Counted from the stretch's first letter, positions 1-9,771 are shown. The stretch is 64,000 bases of DNA from an uncultured Oscillospiraceae bacterium (GCA_964579735.1 CAZOHH010000002.1:4682-68681), one strand, 5' to 3'. Made by a program: numbers and translations. The notes: a model not told the origin generated them from the letters alone.

Positions 1-311
1 TTCAGGATGTTGATCCGGTCGATCTCTTCGGAGTCGATCTCGGCGATGCTGTAATCGAGGCATTCCAGAATCAGGATCTCAAAAAGCGCTTCTCTTCTGG
101 CTGGCGTCAATTTCTTCGAATCGTCGATGCCGAGGATTCGTTTCGAAGGGTCGAGCATGCAGCACGCGGCCACGACAGGGCCAGCCAGCGGACCTCTACC
201 TGCTTCGTCGATGCCACCGATGCGCACGAATCCATCCAAGCGGTACAAAAGCTCGAATTCGAGCATCCGGTCGTAACGCTCGTCGAGTGTGTGGGCGTCC
301 TTCCGCGGCAT
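1..311 (-). CDS. rnhB: Ribonuclease HII, N-terminal part (3' end runs off window)
   Basis: Hand translation of the minus strand from ATG 311 (alternative ATG 266): MPRKDAHTLDERYDRMLEFELLYRLDGFVRIGGIDEAGRGPLAGPVVAACCMLD..GIDDSKKLTPARRE. It carries the DEAGRGPLAGPV and DDSKKL RNase HII motifs. Start overlaps the rbgA stop; rbgA-rnhB synteny. Open-ended, so not in the ORF track. Confidence 0.85.
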   Translation of the reverse strand, partial: MPRKDAHTLDERYDRMLEFELLYRLDGFVRIGGIDEAGRGPLAGPVVAACCMLDPSKRILGIDDSKKLTPARREALFEILILECLDYSIAEIDSEEIDRINIL

Positions 312-312
312 G

Positions 313-1188
313 TTAGACAGGTTCCTGGAGGACATCGCCTGGAGATTCAAGTGTCAGGCGACCGAGAACCCCTCCTCGGACCTCATCGAGAAAGAGAGTG
401 GAAAACCGCACGAGGTCTACCCTGCCTCCAGAGAGAAGGCAACCACGACGCCGCGCAGCGGCTTCCATGAGGTCCTCGGCGGAAAGCGTGAGATCAGCGA
501 GTGAATACCGCTTGGCCAGGAGTCCTGGGTAGAGCGAAGAAAGAAGAGCCATCGTCGCAGTTGCCAGTTCCTGAGTCTCCATCACTTCATCGCGGATCGC
601 TCCGGTCGCCGCAAGTCGGAGGCGGCGATGGTCGCTTCCCAATTGAGGCCAAAGGACACCGGGCATGTCCATGAGTTCCAGGATTCCTTCGCCTCGAATC
701 CATTGGGCTCCCCGGGTGATGCCTGGACGATCCTCCACTTTCGCGGCCTTCTTGCCTGAAAGTGCATTGATCAGGGTCGATTTGCCCGTATTCGGAATGC
801 CGACGACCATCACGCGCACCGGACGGAAAATCCGTCCGCGTTCAGCGGCACGTTCCAGTCTTGCGGAGCATAGATCCACCGCAGCGTCCTTCACGCGGTC
901 GAGGCCTTTGCGGTGCAGGCTGTCGCACGGTATCGCGCCCCAGTTCTCCTTCTTGAAGTGTCCGATCCATTCCGTCGTCTTCTTCTCATCCGCAAGATCG
1001 GCTTTGTTGAGTACGACCAGGCGCGGCTTCATTCCAATGATGCGATCCAGTTCGGGGTTTCGACTGGAATCTGGAATCCTCGCATCGCAGGTCTCGATGA
1101 CGAGGTCCACCTGCGGAAGTCGCTCGGCGATGCTGCGCAGAGTCTTGGCCATGTGGCCGGGGAACCAGCTCAGGTCCTTCATATCCAT
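313..1188 (-). CDS. rbgA: Ribosome biogenesis GTPase A (YlqF/RbgA)
   Basis: Track ORF 313..1197: WFPGHMAKT, circularly permuted GTPase motifs NKADL and GIPNTGKSTLIN. I prefer ATG 1188 (MDMKDLSWFPGHM), which is preceded by GAGGTG with 6-nt spacing, over the GTG at 1197. Confidence 0.9.
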   Translation of the reverse strand: MDMKDLSWFPGHMAKTLRSIAERLPQVDLVIETCDARIPDSSRNPELDRIIGMKPRLVVLNKADLADEKKTTEWIGHFKKENWGAIPCDSLHRKGLDRVKDAAVDLCSARLERAAERGRIFRPVRVMVVGIPNTGKSTLINALSGKKAAKVEDRPGITRGAQWIRGEGILELMDMPGVLWPQLGSDHRRLRLAATGAIRDEVMETQELATATMALLSSLYPGLLAKRYSLADLTLSAEDLMEAAARRRGCLLSGGRVDLVRFSTLFLDEVRGGVLGRLTLESPGDVLQEPV

Positions 1189-1207
1189 GTCGGGCACCTC
1201 GAAAGGA

Positions 1208-1231
1208 AAAGAGGACCTTGCGGTCCTCTTT
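1208..1231 (-). terminator. Intrinsic terminator after rplS
   Basis: Minus strand AAAGAGGACC-GCAA-GGTCCTCTTT followed by TCCTTTCG. Lies 13 nt after the rplS stop and directly before the rbgA SD. Confidence 0.6.
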
Positions 1232-1243
1232 CATGTGCGGGCC

Positions 1244-1597
1244 TTACGTAGGCTTCACCAGTTTTTCCTTGACCTTTGCCGACTTGCCGACTCTGTCTCG
1301 CAGATAGTAGAGCTTTGCTCTACGCACCTTGCCCTTGCGGACGGTCTCGACGTGGTCGATGCGCGGCGAATGGACGGGCAGAATCCTTTCCACGCCGACT
1401 CCGTAGGAGATCCTACGAACGGTGAAGGTTTCGCTTAGGCCGTGTCCCTTGCGGGCAATCACGGTGCCTTCGAAAATCTGGATTCTTTCGCGGTTGCCTT
1501 CCTTGACCTTGAGGTGGACCTTGACGTAATCGCCGATGTCCAGGGCGGGAAGATCGCTCTTGAGCTGTTCTTGCTCGAGTGCCTTGATCATGTCCAT
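1244..1597 (-). CDS. rplS: 50S ribosomal protein L19
   Basis: [51 protein letters not shown] is typical L19. GGAGGA SD lies before ATG 1597. The track ORF start (1678) is an upstream extension into the leader. Confidence 0.95.
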   Translation of the reverse strand: MDMIKALEQEQLKSDLPALDIGDYVKVHLKVKEGNRERIQIFEGTVIARKGHGLSETFTVRRISYGVGVERILPVHSPRIDHVETVRKGKVRRAKLYYLRDRVGKSAKVKEKLVKPT

Positions 1598-1668
1598 TAT
1601 GCGTTCCTCCTTCCCTTCCAGGATGTTCATGCACGCAATCGGCAGCGGACCATCCGTAATCGCTCCAT

Positions 1669-1698
1669 ATGATACCATAAAGGTTCTGCTGCGTTCAA
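1669..1698 (-). promoter_or_regulatory. Putative rplS promoter (-35 TTGAAC, 18 bp, TGgTATCAT extended -10), followed by a ~70-nt leader
   Basis: Read on the minus strand: TTGAAC(1698..1693)-18 nt-TATCAT(1674..1669) with TG at -15/-14. The -35 overlaps the trmD stop codon. Confidence 0.45.
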
Positions 1699-2432
1699 TC
1701 CATTTGAGAAAGAAATTCCGCTAAAGCCTCTCCTTCGCCTTTTTCAAGACGAAGACGTCCGAAAAGATCCGGGCGCTTCCGCAGTGTGGTCGCCAACGAC
1801 ATGAGTCGGCGCCAACGAACTATGTTGGCGTGATGTCCTGACAGGAGCACGTCAGGAACTTTCTTGCCATCCCATTCGATGGGTCTGGTGTAGTGTGGGT
1901 GCTCGAGGGTCCCATCACTGTGGGATTCATCCTGAACCACCCGTTCATCTGGCAGAACACCGGGAACCAATCGGGAGACGGCATCGATGATGGCCAGTGC
2001 CGGAATCTCTCCTCCCGTCATGACGAAGTCTCCTAGGGAGATCTCTTCGTCGACGATCTCATCGATCACTCGCTGGTCGATTCCCTCGTAATGTCCACAA
2101 AGGAGGACCAGGGCAGGTTCTGTGGCCAGTTCAGAGGCTCGCCTCTGATTGAAGGGTTTACCCTGAGGAGAAAGGAACACGGTATGTGGGCGAACGCCGG
2201 AGCGCTCACATGCCGCCTTCCATGCGGAATGGACCGGTGGGCACATCAAGAGCATGCCGCGGCCGCCTCCATAGGGCGAGTCGTCGACCTTGCCGTAGGA
2301 ATTCCCTGCGAACTCGCGGATGTCGATCGCATCCACCTCGATCAATCCCGCCGAAATGGCGCGCCCCGTGATGCTGGTGCCTACGACCGATCGAATCAGA
2401 TCCGGAAACAGGGTGAGGACCGCGAAGTACAT
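1695..2432 (-). CDS. trmD: tRNA (guanine37-N1)-methyltransferase
   Basis: [38 protein letters not shown] are TrmD signatures. GGGAGGGGG SD. rimM-trmD-rplS synteny. Confidence 0.95.
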   Translation of the reverse strand: MYFAVLTLFPDLIRSVVGTSITGRAISAGLIEVDAIDIREFAGNSYGKVDDSPYGGGRGMLLMCPPVHSAWKAACERSGVRPHTVFLSPQGKPFNQRRASELATEPALVLLCGHYEGIDQRVIDEIVDEEISLGDFVMTGGEIPALAIIDAVSRLVPGVLPDERVVQDESHSDGTLEHPHYTRPIEWDGKKVPDVLLSGHHANIVRWRRLMSLATTLRKRPDLFGRLRLEKGEGEALAEFLSQMD

Positions 2433-2457
2433 GCCTTACCCCCTCCCTATCGAATGT

Positions 2458-2976
2458 CTAGTCGCGGAGGCCGTCCGGAAGGACGACCTTCACGAGGCGA
2501 GCGGTGATATCGACCGCTCGCACGACCGTCTTCAGCGCAGGGATGAGAAGATCCTTGGTTTCAGCCTTCTTGACCAGGTATACGTCGTTGCTTCCCGTGA
2601 CCAGAACTTCCTCGATGGTACCGAGATCCTCTCCGTCGAGGGATTCGACACGACATCCGATGATGTCGCATACGAAGTAGGAGTCAGCCGGGAGTTTCAC
2701 CGCATCCTTGCGTTCGACCAGAAAGTGTCTGCCTTTCAGCTTCTCCGCGGCATCGCGGTCCTCGATGCCTTCTATGCGAAGAAGGACATTCGCCTGTTGG
2801 TGACGGACTCCGACGATGCGGCAGGGAGCTGCGGGCGCCCCCCCCGCTCCCTCGAGAAGACAGGATTTCATCCTGTCGAAGCGAGTCGGGTCATCCGTAA
2901 GGAGCTGTACGCTGAGTTCCCCTCGGATCCCGTGAGGACCCAGAATACGTCCGATCTGCAGTTGTTCCGCGAGCAT
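2458..2976 (-). CDS. rimM: 16S rRNA processing protein RimM
   Basis: LQIGRILGPHGIRGEL N-terminus (RimM PRC-barrel family), 172 aa, located between the KH-protein gene and trmD. Confidence 0.9.
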   Translation of the reverse strand: MLAEQLQIGRILGPHGIRGELSVQLLTDDPTRFDRMKSCLLEGAGGAPAAPCRIVGVRHQQANVLLRIEGIEDRDAAEKLKGRHFLVERKDAVKLPADSYFVCDIIGCRVESLDGEDLGTIEEVLVTGSNDVYLVKKAETKDLLIPALKTVVRAVDITARLVKVVLPDGLRD

Positions 2977-2990
2977 GCCGCCGTCGCCGA

Positions 2991-3218
2991 TCAGATGATC
3001 TTCACGTCGACCCGACGCCCATCGCGGGCGGCACGGGCCTTCATGATGGAACGGATGGCCTGGGCGATCCTTCCCTGCTTGCCGATCACCTTGCCCATGT
3101 CCTCGGGAGCTACGCGCAGTTCGAGGACCACGAGGTCCCCCTGGTCGTAGCGCTCGATGGATACGGCATCAGGATCGTTGACAAGGGAGCGGACGATCGA
3201 TTCCAGAAGATCCTTCAT
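2991..3218 (-). CDS. KH-domain RNA-binding protein (YlqC/UPF0109 family)
   Basis: 75 aa with GKVIGKQGRIAQAIRSI (a GXXG KH motif). Sits in the conserved slot between rpsP and rimM. Confidence 0.85.
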   Translation of the reverse strand: MKDLLESIVRSLVNDPDAVSIERYDQGDLVVLELRVAPEDMGKVIGKQGRIAQAIRSIMKARAARDGRRVDVKII

Positions 3219-3234
3219 GTACGGACCTCCCTTC

Positions 3235-3480
3235 TCACTCGAAGACGCCAGCCTTCTTCAGCAGCGCACGCACGGTATCGGTAGGCTGTGCGCCGTTCGC
3301 AATCCACTTCTTCGCCTTCTCGACGTCGACCTTCACACTGGAAGGGTCGGTCCTGGGGTCATAGCTGCCGATCTCCTCGATGAAGCGACCATCTCGCGGG
3401 TAGCGCGAGTCGGCCACGACCACACGATAGAACGCCATCTTCTTCGCACCGATTCTCTTGAGTCTGATTTTCACTGCCAT
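3235..3480 (-). CDS. rpsP: 30S ribosomal protein S16
   Basis: [42 protein letters not shown] is canonical S16. Confidence 0.95.
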   Translation of the reverse strand: MAVKIRLKRIGAKKMAFYRVVVADSRYPRDGRFIEEIGSYDPRTDPSSVKVDVEKAKKWIANGAQPTDTVRALLKKAGVFE

Positions 3481-3522
3481 GTGTCTGTGCCTCCTTTGTG
3501 ATTCACGTCTATATGCAAGGGA

Positions 3523-4866
3523 TCAGAATGGCATGCCCGGAAATCCGGCTCGCCGATTCCTTCCCTTCGACATCGATGAGAATTGTTTCATCATCTTCTC
3601 GGTCTCCTCGAACTGCCGTACAACGCGGTTCACGTCCTGTACCTGGGTTCCGGAGCCGGTCGCGATGCGCTTTCTGCGGCTCGCGTTGAGAAGCGAGGGG
3701 TTCAATCGTTCACGAATCGTCATCGAACGCAGGATCGCGACGGTTCTCACGACCATCTTGTCGTCTACATCCGATGCGTTGAACTTCTTCTTGTCGATTC
3801 CGGGTATCATTTCCAGGACGTTTCCTACGGAACCCATCTTGAGGACTTCTTCCATCTGGGAGAGCATGTCCACGAGCGTGAAGCGGTTTCGGCGAAGGTT
3901 CTCGATGGTTTCACGGGCCTTCTTTTCATCGACGGCCACGGTGGCGAGTTCGATGAGACCCAGGACATCCCCCATGCCGAGAATGCGGGAAGCCATGCGA
4001 TCCGGGTGGAACTCCTCGATATCGGCGATCTTTTCACCGATACAGGCGAACTTGACGGGTAAGCCGGTCATTTTCCGAATGGAAAGCGCGGCACCCCCTC
4101 GGGCGTCACCGTCGAGTTTGGTCATCACGAATCCGTCGACGCCGATTTCCTTGTCGAAGGATTGGGCGATGGCAACGGCTTCCTGCCCGGTCATCGCATC
4201 CACGACGAGTAGCGTCTCGGTCGGCAAGACGGCCTTGCGTATCTGGCGGAGTTCTTCCATCAGCGCCGGGTCGACGGTCATTCGTCCAGCGGTATCGACG
4301 ATCAGCGTGTCATTGAACAGATACCTGGCCCGCTCGACGGCTCTCTTCGCGATCGCCACCGCGTCCTTTTCCTCTGGTTGGATGAAGGAAGGGAGTCCTG
4401 CCTGATTCGCAAGAACCTCCAACTGGAGGGCTGCTGCGGGGCGGTGCACGTCGCAGGAGGCCAGCATGGGCTTCTTGCCCTTCTTCTTGAGATAGAGCCC
4501 CAACTTCGCGGCGGTCGTCGTCTTGCCAGAACCCTGAAGCCCGCAAAGCAGGATCACGGTGAATCCCGAAGGGGACACGGCCAGCTTGCCCTGCGTCGTA
4601 CCGAGCATGTCGACGAGGGACTCGTGGACGATCTTGACGACCTGCTGTCCAGGCGTGAGACTCTCGAGGACATCCGAGCCGCGGCACTTCAGAGAGACCT
4701 CATCGACGAATTGCTTCACGACCTGGAAATTGACGTCCGCTTCGAGAAGCGCAAGACGAATCTCGCGCATCATGTCCTTGATGTCCTGTTCGCCGACCCG
4801 GGCCTTGCCCTTCATGCGGGCAGCGATGCCCTGCAACTTGTCGGACAGGCTTTCGAAGAACGCCAT
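3523..4866 (-). CDS. ffh: Signal recognition particle protein Ffh
   Basis: 447 aa with GLQGSGKTTTAAKL, DTAGR and TKLDGDARGG SRP-GTPase motifs, plus a Met-rich M domain at the C-terminus. Confidence 0.95.
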   Translation of the reverse strand: MAFFESLSDKLQGIAARMKGKARVGEQDIKDMMREIRLALLEADVNFQVVKQFVDEVSLKCRGSDVLESLTPGQQVVKIVHESLVDMLGTTQGKLAVSPSGFTVILLCGLQGSGKTTTAAKLGLYLKKKGKKPMLASCDVHRPAAALQLEVLANQAGLPSFIQPEEKDAVAIAKRAVERARYLFNDTLIVDTAGRMTVDPALMEELRQIRKAVLPTETLLVVDAMTGQEAVAIAQSFDKEIGVDGFVMTKLDGDARGGAALSIRKMTGLPVKFACIGEKIADIEEFHPDRMASRILGMGDVLGLIELATVAVDEKKARETIENLRRNRFTLVDMLSQMEEVLKMGSVGNVLEMIPGIDKKKFNASDVDDKMVVRTVAILRSMTIRERLNPSLLNASRRKRIATGSGTQVQDVNRVVRQFEETEKMMKQFSSMSKGRNRRAGFPGMPF

Positions 4867-4867
4867 T

Positions 4868-5212
4868 CTAGAGATCCTCCAGCATCCGCTTCAATTCCGC
4901 GGAGGCTTCCTCTTCCCGTCCATCCTGAATCAGGCAGACGACCTTCTCGATGCTTTCCCTCTGGATTCGGAAACGTCGGATCATTCCGAGTCTTGCTTCA
5001 TATTCGGTCAACTGGGCCAACCCTTTGCTCACGCCGTCATGGACGGCCTGCCGCGTCACTCCGGACAATTCGGCGATTTCGCCGTAGGATAGATCCTCGT
5101 TGAAGTGCTGGTCCATGAGCCGAAGGCTTCGTTCGCTCAGCAGACTTCCGTAGAAATCCAGCAAAAGACTTGCCTCGACGCTTTTCCCAATCGGACTCGA
5201 CACTTCATCCAT
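4868..5212 (-). CDS. ylxM: YlxM/UPF0122 helix-turn-helix protein (SRP operon)
   Basis: MDEVSSPIGKSVEASLLLDFYGSLLSERSLRLMDQHFNEDLSYGEIAELSGVTRQAVHD matches the YlxM pattern. The track ORF start (5407) overlaps ftsY and is rejected. Stop is 1 nt before the ffh ATG. Confidence 0.8.
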   Translation of the reverse strand: MDEVSSPIGKSVEASLLLDFYGSLLSERSLRLMDQHFNEDLSYGEIAELSGVTRQAVHDGVSKGLAQLTEYEARLGMIRRFRIQRESIEKVVCLIQDGREEEASAELKRMLEDL

Positions 5213-5218
5213 GGATAG

Positions 5219-5247
5219 AGAATACGGGTTGGAGGGCAGTCTGTCAA
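5219..5247 (-). promoter_or_regulatory. Putative ylxM-ffh promoter (-35 TTGACA, 17 bp, -10 TATTCT)
   Basis: Minus strand TTGACA(5247..5242)-GACTGCCCTCCAACCCG-TATTCT(5224..5219)-CTATCC-ATG(5212). No SD lies between the -10 and the ATG. Confidence 0.5.
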
Positions 5248-5264
5248 GCGTTTGTGCTTGACAC

Positions 5265-6176
5265 CTAGGAAGGAAGCAATGAGTCCGAAAAAGCTGCGGA
5301 ATCGAAGTCGACCAGGTCATCCACCTTCTCCCCGAGTCCTGCCAGTAGAATCGGTACATGGGTTTCGAAGGCGACCGCGATGGCGACGCCCCCTTTGGCG
5401 TTCCCATCGAGTTTCGTGATCACGACCCCGTCCACCGAAGCGGCTTCCCGGAACAGTTTGGCTTGGACGACGGCATTCTGTCCGGTCGTGGCATCGATGA
5501 CGAGCAGGGTGGTGCATTTCGCATCGGGTGCCTCTCGCGCGATGACACGTCGGATCTTGTTGAGCTCGTCCATGAGATTCTGCTTGTTGTGGAGCCGACC
5601 GGCCGTATCCACGACCAGAACGCCGGAGTGTCGCGCCTTGGCCGATGACACCGCGTCAAAGACGACCGCTGCAGGATCGGAACCTTCGGAATGACGGATC
5701 AGTGGAGTCCCAGTCGAATTCGCCCAATGCTCCAGCTGTTCGATGGCAGCTGCGCGGAAAGTATCGGCAGCCGCCAGGATGGGTTTGCGTCCTTCTTGAC
5801 TGAATCGTGCACAGAGCTTGCCTGCCGTGGTGGTCTTGCCGGTGCCATTGACTCCGACGAGAAGAAGCACATTCAAACGGTCTTCAGCCAACACAAGACG
5901 AGAATCGCTTCCTAGGATCAGGAGGAGTTCTTCCTTCAGCATTCGAAGGACGGAAGGCCGGTCGACGGCGCCCGTATCCTTCATGCGGCGTCTGAGAGCC
6001 CCCATGACGTGCGTAGCCGCGGGTACACCGGTATCGGCAGACACGAGAAGCATTTCGAGGTCGTCGAGCATCGTCTCGTCGAAGATCCCGAAGGAGGAAG
6101 CCAGGCGGTTGAATCCATCTGAAAAGGCCGTGCGTGTCTTTTCCAAACCTGTGCGGAACCGCTCGAAAAGCGCCAT
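5265..6176 (-). CDS. ftsY: Signal recognition particle receptor FtsY
   Basis: 303 aa with GVNGTGKTTTAGKL, DTAGR and TKLDGNAKGG motifs. Confidence 0.95.
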   Translation of the reverse strand: MALFERFRTGLEKTRTAFSDGFNRLASSFGIFDETMLDDLEMLLVSADTGVPAATHVMGALRRRMKDTGAVDRPSVLRMLKEELLLILGSDSRLVLAEDRLNVLLLVGVNGTGKTTTAGKLCARFSQEGRKPILAAADTFRAAAIEQLEHWANSTGTPLIRHSEGSDPAAVVFDAVSSAKARHSGVLVVDTAGRLHNKQNLMDELNKIRRVIAREAPDAKCTTLLVIDATTGQNAVVQAKLFREAASVDGVVITKLDGNAKGGVAIAVAFETHVPILLAGLGEKVDDLVDFDSAAFSDSLLPS

Positions 6177-6207
6177 GGATATCTCCTTCGCCGATCATTC
6201 AAGGAAT

Positions 6208-9200
6208 CTAGTCGCCGAGGTGCATCGACAGGACCCGGGAGACGCCGCGCTCCTGCATGGTCACTCCATACAACCTGTCGGATGCCTCCATCGTGCCCTT
6301 GCGGTGGGTCACGAGGATGAACTGGGAGTCGTTGGAATATCGATGGATATACTCTGTGAAGCGGAAGACGTTGCTGTCATCGAGTGCCGCCTCGATTTCG
6401 TCGAGAACGCAGAATGGTGTCGGACGGAGCTTCAGAATGGCGAACAGAAGGGCAATGGCGGTCAAGCAGCGTTCCCCTCCCGACAACAGCATCATGTTCT
6501 GCAGTTTCTTTCCAGGAGGCTGCGCCTTGATCTCGATGCCGCATTCAAGAACGTTGTTCTCGTCTTCCAATGCGATTTCCGCCATGCCTCCGCCGAAGAG
6601 TTCGGAGAAGACGAGATTGAAGTTGGTGTTGATGGTCCGGAAATGTTCGACGAAGAGGGTTTTCATCTCTTCGGTGATTTCACCGATGACCTTTCGAAGC
6701 TTTCCACGGGACTCCTCGATGTCGTCGCGCTGGGTCTTCATGAAAATGAGCCGTTCGTTGACCTGGTCATATTCCTCGATCGCAGCGACATTGACCGTGC
6801 CGAGATCGCGCATCTTCTGCCGCAGCTCCGTGGAAAGTCGTTGCGCCGATGCGACGCTCGGGATCTCACGACGCCAGGGTGCCGCCGTTTCACCGGTCAA
6901 CTCATATTCCTCCCAGAGACGGTTGCGGACATCGTCGAGAGAGGTCTCGAAGCGGAGACGTTTCATTTCAATGCGACCGAGATCGTTCTGAAGAAGCGAG
7001 ATCCGACCGGTCGCAGCTTCGAGCCGATCCGTGTAGTCCGCCTCCGCGAGATCCTGGGTTTCCTTCTCTGCTAGGAGAGCACGAATCCTGTCGGCGACTG
7101 TCGCCATCGTTTCCTTCAACCCAAGCAGTTCTTCCTCGAGAGCTCGTACGACTTCCGCGAGTCTCTTCGCTTCGACGAGTCCCGTGGATCTTTCTTCAAA
7201 ACGCTTCTGGATGGTGGTCTCGTAGGCGTTCTTCTCTCCCTCGATGCGGGTGGACATCTCCCGCGCCGACAGCAAGCTCTCCTCGAGGGATCCGACTGAA
7301 ATCCGCAGGGCGGATACCGTCTCGCGCAGTTCGTCTCGCTTTTCCTGTTCCTGGCGGTTCTCGATCTCGGTTGCTCCGAGGGTCTCCCGGATGGAGACGA
7401 TTTCCTTCGACAGGTTTTCCGACTCGATATCGAGACCGTCCGCTTCCTGAAGGATCGAATCGCGAGTCCCGGCCAGTTGCTCCTCTTCGGCCTTGAGCAT
7501 GGACATTCGAAGTGCATCTCGCTCGATGTCATAATCGATGCGGGCGACACGGGACTCCTCGCGTATCCTTTCATGGGAAAGATCCGTAGCTTCGTGCTCC
7601 ATCGCCGCGATGCGTCTGGCCGACTCGGCGAGTGCACTCTCCTTTTCCGGCAATTTCATGGACAAAAGAGAGATTTCTTCTTCGATAGCGACGACTTCGG
7701 CCTTGAGCGATTCGATTTCCCGTGTGCGACCCAGTAGACCGGTGACCGCCTGACGCGAGAAACCACCCGTGATCGGGCCGCCCGTGCCGACGACGTCCCC
7801 TTCGAGCGTGACGATTCGGAATGCGTATCCGCAGGATCGTGCGAAAGAGACCGCCGTATCGAAATCGGTCGCAACGACGGTGCGGCCAAGGAGATTCTCT
7901 ACGATCGGCCGGACGTCGGCGGGAGCTTCCACCAATTCCGAAGCGATTCCGACGTAGCCTTTCCTTCCCTTCAGTTTCTGGACATGATCCCGTTCGAGCG
8001 AGCGCGAGGAAATGGAGGATATCGGAAGGAAGGTGGCACGACCCGTTCTCCCTTCCTTCAGGTATGCGATCAAACGGCCGGCCGTTCCCTCGGTATCGGT
8101 CACGATATGCTGAACTGCGGGACCCAGCGCGATTTCAATTGCCGTCTCGAATTCCTGGGGAACCCGAAGAAGGTCTCCAAGCGTGCCACGGATTCCTTCG
8201 CCGAATCCATGGTCCTGTTCTGTGTTGCGCAGTATCGACTTGACGGCCTCGCTATAACCTTCGTGCGTCTTCTCGAGTTCCTGCAGGGTCCGGATTCGGT
8301 AGGAGCGGTTGGCGGCGTCCAGTTTTCGCGTTTCCAGATTCATGGCGGTCTGGGTGCAATCCTTCTTCAGGTTCTCCAACGATGTGCGTTCCTGAACGAG
8401 AATGGCATTGCGCTTGTTCAGCGTGGTATTCGCGGAATCGACGAGTGCCTGGGCTTCTTCCCGTTGAAGCGACAGCCTGTCCGAATCGCTGATCAAGGAG
8501 GTGATCTCCGCAGCGATGCTTTTGCGACGCTGATCGACGAGAGAGGTCTGATTGCGCGTCTGCTGCGCTTGGGAGCGCTTCTCGAAGTGATTCTCCTGAA
8601 GAGTCTCGACCCGTTGACGGAGTTCCTCCTGATAACGATCGGAAGCATCCAGGTTTGCCAGAATCGACGCCATCTCGGATTCGTAGGTGGTCAGCCGCCC
8701 GTTGTATACCTGCAATTGAGCGAGCAGCTGCGACTCCTTGACCTTCTTTGCGGAAAGTTCCACCTTGAGTCGCTCTATGGCGGCGGCGGTGTCCTTTTCC
8801 TCATCCTCGCCCCGACGCGCTCGGTCCTCGATCTGCCGAATCCTCTCCCCATCGAGGACGATTCGGCCCTCCATCTCCGACAAGGACGCCTGTACGGAAG
8901 CCTGGTGGATTCTCTCTCCATCGAGAAGTCCCTCGAGCTCGCGTTGCCTTTCCGAAGATTCCTTGTGCCTGGCCTTCATCTCCTCAAGCCCACCGATTTC
9001 ATCGTCGAGGTCGTGCTTTACGGTAGATGCCTCCTCATTGGTCTCGTCGATCCGCTTGAGGAATCCGTCGATGTTCTCCAGAAAGAGCCCTACTTCAGTG
9101 CCTTTCAAGTCATCCCGCAACTGGAGATAGCGCTTGGCGGTTTCCGCAGCGTTGGCAAGTGGGACGATCCGTCCATCGAGTTCAAGAAGGATGTCGTTGA

Positions 9201-9771
9201 TGCGAAGAAGATTCGCCTCGGTCGACTGGAGCTTCCTCTCCGCTTCGTCCTTGCGGGTCTTGAACTTCATGATGCCGGAAGCCTCTTCGAAGACACGGCG
9301 CCGATCCTCGGACTTGCTGCTCAGGATTTCATCCACTCGTCCCTGACCGACGATGGAATATCCATCCCGGCCAAGACCCGTGTCCATGAAGAGCATGATG
9401 ATGTCCTTGAGGCGGCATGTGACCTTGTTGATCAGATACTCGCTCTCACCGGAGCGATAGAGTCGCCGAGTGACTTGAAGCTCCGTGTAATCCACGGGCA
9501 ATCGCGCATCGGAGTTGTCGATGACGATCGTGACTTCGGCGAAGCCCATGGCACGGCGAGTCTGCGTGCCAGTGAAGATGACATCCTCCATCTTGGCGCC
9601 GCGAAGAGAGCGTACGCTCGTCTCCCCGAGTACCCAACGGATGGCGTCGGTGATGTTCGACTTGCCGCTCCCATTCGGACCTACGATGGAGGTGATGCCG
9701 CTGTGAAACTCGATGACGGTCTTTTCAGGGAAAGATTTGAATCCCTGGATTTCCAGTGACTTCAGATACAT
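6208..9771 (-). CDS. smc: Chromosome partition protein Smc
   Basis: MYLKSLEIQGFKSF..GPNGSGKSN Walker A, long coiled coils, a hinge, and C-terminal LSGGE..LDEIEAALD. Start placed at ATG 9771 (canonical MYLK N-terminus) rather than 9798. Confidence 0.95.
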   Translation of the reverse strand: MYLKSLEIQGFKSFPEKTVIEFHSGITSIVGPNGSGKSNITDAIRWVLGETSVRSLRGAKMEDVIFTGTQTRRAMGFAEVTIVIDNSDARLPVDYTELQVTRRLYRSGESEYLINKVTCRLKDIIMLFMDTGLGRDGYSIVGQGRVDEILSSKSEDRRRVFEEASGIMKFKTRKDEAERKLQSTEANLLRINDILLELDGRIVPLANAAETAKRYLQLRDDLKGTEVGLFLENIDGFLKRIDETNEEASTVKHDLDDEIGGLEEMKARHKESSERQRELEGLLDGERIHQASVQASLSEMEGRIVLDGERIRQIEDRARRGEDEEKDTAAAIERLKVELSAKKVKESQLLAQLQVYNGRLTTYESEMASILANLDASDRYQEELRQRVETLQENHFEKRSQAQQTRNQTSLVDQRRKSIAAEITSLISDSDRLSLQREEAQALVDSANTTLNKRNAILVQERTSLENLKKDCTQTAMNLETRKLDAANRSYRIRTLQELEKTHEGYSEAVKSILRNTEQDHGFGEGIRGTLGDLLRVPQEFETAIEIALGPAVQHIVTDTEGTAGRLIAYLKEGRTGRATFLPISSISSRSLERDHVQKLKGRKGYVGIASELVEAPADVRPIVENLLGRTVVATDFDTAVSFARSCGYAFRIVTLEGDVVGTGGPITGGFSRQAVTGLLGRTREIESLKAEVVAIEEEISLLSMKLPEKESALAESARRIAAMEHEATDLSHERIREESRVARIDYDIERDALRMSMLKAEEEQLAGTRDSILQEADGLDIESENLSKEIVSIRETLGATEIENRQEQEKRDELRETVSALRISVGSLEESLLSAREMSTRIEGEKNAYETTIQKRFEERSTGLVEAKRLAEVVRALEEELLGLKETMATVADRIRALLAEKETQDLAEADYTDRLEAATGRISLLQNDLGRIEMKRLRFETSLDDVRNRLWEEYELTGETAAPWRREIPSVASAQRLSTELRQKMRDLGTVNVAAIEEYDQVNERLIFMKTQRDDIEESRGKLRKVIGEITEEMKTLFVEHFRTINTNFNLVFSELFGGGMAEIALEDENNVLECGIEIKAQPPGKKLQNMMLLSGGERCLTAIALLFAILKLRPTPFCVLDEIEAALDDSNVFRFTEYIHRYSNDSQFILVTHRKGTMEASDRLYGVTMQERGVSRVLSMHLGD

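Noticed and set aside
289-504. Small plus-strand ORFs of 60-130 aa scattered through the track (e.g. 289..504, 1442..1672, 10566..10859, 24562..24750, 50143..50391).
   Set aside because: All are nested in or antisense to strongly supported genes, or span promoter regions. They have no SD and no recognisable domains.
7984-9759. Long plus-strand ORF (591 aa) antisense to smc. Similar ORFs occur at 5818..7074, 13345..14757, 15100..16314, 16911..18125, 18335..19894, 29297..30649, 36602..37858, 56592..58745 and 62822..63820.
   Set aside because: Each lies fully opposite a well-supported housekeeping gene. The translations are low-complexity (R/G/D/A/P-rich) with no recognisable motifs and no SD. 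This is typical stop-codon depletion in antisense frames of GC3-rich genes.
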